A stretch of 62,867 nt of DNA, the filler included, from Atractiella rhizophila (Eukaryota), in assembly GCA_021432655.1 (NCBI GenBank). It is 8 parts of 8 records of this genome, joined end to end, with 100 filler letters (N's around TTAATTAATTAA, not from the genome) between each part and the next. Parts side by side here need not be neighbours in the genome. Positions count along the whole stretch, not along the records: positions 60,486 to 62,867 come from MU272185.1; 7 more parts are not named here. One strand, written 5' to 3'. Made by a program: the position numbers and the translations under genes. Numbering within the stretch: position 1 is the first letter of the stretch; each line of letters begins with the position of its first letter. The notes under the pieces were generated by a model. That model was not told the DNA's origin. It saw only the letters and a list, made by a program, of their open reading frames with translations, and made no database searches. This document shows positions 62,157-62,867 of this stretch, piece by piece.

Positions 62157-62867
62157 ATGTCCAAGTTGAAGGCTCGAGACTATCGTACCGCTTTCACAAA
62201 TGAGAGCAAATCCCGCCTGGTACATCTTCCTCATGTCTTACTACGCACACACTGAATACAGCAGCAAACGTTCTATAAATTGTTTATGTTGAGGATGACT
62301 TACTGATGTGCAGATTGGTGGTGACAGACACAACGAATAAGCGACCTCCTCCTCTCCTCCCTCATCTTCACGCAATCCATCGAAGCGCACAAACGTAAGG
62401 CTCTTTCCTTACAAGCTTGTCCCACCTGCGGTTCCAAGTCTGTCTCTCCTCCATCAAACTGTATATTGCGCTTATTGATGTGTATCCTACAGTTGCAGGA
62501 CGGTACATCCCTCCGTCCCGTACAGATCGGATGGGAAGTACAACTCCGCCCCCCTCGCTGCTCCGTTACGACCCAACACCCCACTTCACTTGACATGTTT
62601 GGAATGCGGAAAGCTAGTAGGATCCTCAACGTTCGCCTCTTACTCTCTCGTCCTTCTCACATATCACGAAGATGATGGAAGAACTGCACTGAATTGCTCG
62701 TCCGGGGGAAACAGGTACGCGAAGCACCTTTCGGGGTGTATGGACATCGAGAAGACGAATGGGAAGTTGGTGGGGACGAGGAAGAGGAAGGAGGTGGGGT
62801 ATGCCGAGGACTCGAATTCCGAAATCGAGGAGGAAGCCGCTCCTCCTCAGCCTCTCTTACCTCCAGC
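62157..62867 (+). CDS. SGF11: SAGA deubiquitination module subunit Sgf11-like (runs off window end)
   Basis: Spliced MSKLKARDYRTAFTNESKSRL|TQRISDLLLSSLIFTQSIEAHK..CPTCGS|CRTVH..LTCLECGKLVGSST|YAKHLSGCM, i.e. the Sgf11 zinc finger CxxC..AxHLxxC. It is not visible in the ORF track. Confidence 0.72.

Overview
This is eukaryotic, intron-rich fungal DNA, most likely from a basidiomycete (short GT-AG introns of about 45-60 nt with CTRAC branch sites; the species cannot be identified from sequence alone). The window is not one locus. It is eight small scaffolds joined by artificial 100-nt linkers (44 N + TTAATTAATTAA + 44 N), so many genes are cut at the junctions and neighbours across a linker are unrelated. 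Recognisable genes include SART3/Prp24, capping protein alpha, two tandem secreted RNase T2 genes, a siderophore MFS transporter, a duplicated small secreted protein, a DUF4140 protein and a flavocytochrome b2 ending in SKL. Also present are DCAF7/WDR68, two Gfo/Idh/MocA oxidoreductases, kinesin-1, patatin and patatin-NB-ARC genes, Sfm1, Ste11, a class I methyltransferase, Rmd5/Gid2, Cdc23 and Sgf11, plus Helitron, hAT-like and kinase relics. The most unusual part is scaffold 2 (9167-18202). It is dense in CpG and in the palindrome TCGCGA and carries no housekeeping genes. It holds a spliced gene resembling fungal Tet/JBP-like 2OG-Fe(II) dioxygenases, with a TCGCGA tandem array in its last visible intron, and two atypical Zn2Cys6-like genes. 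This is a candidate selfish DNA-modification module. All family calls come from recognising motifs by eye; no database search was run.
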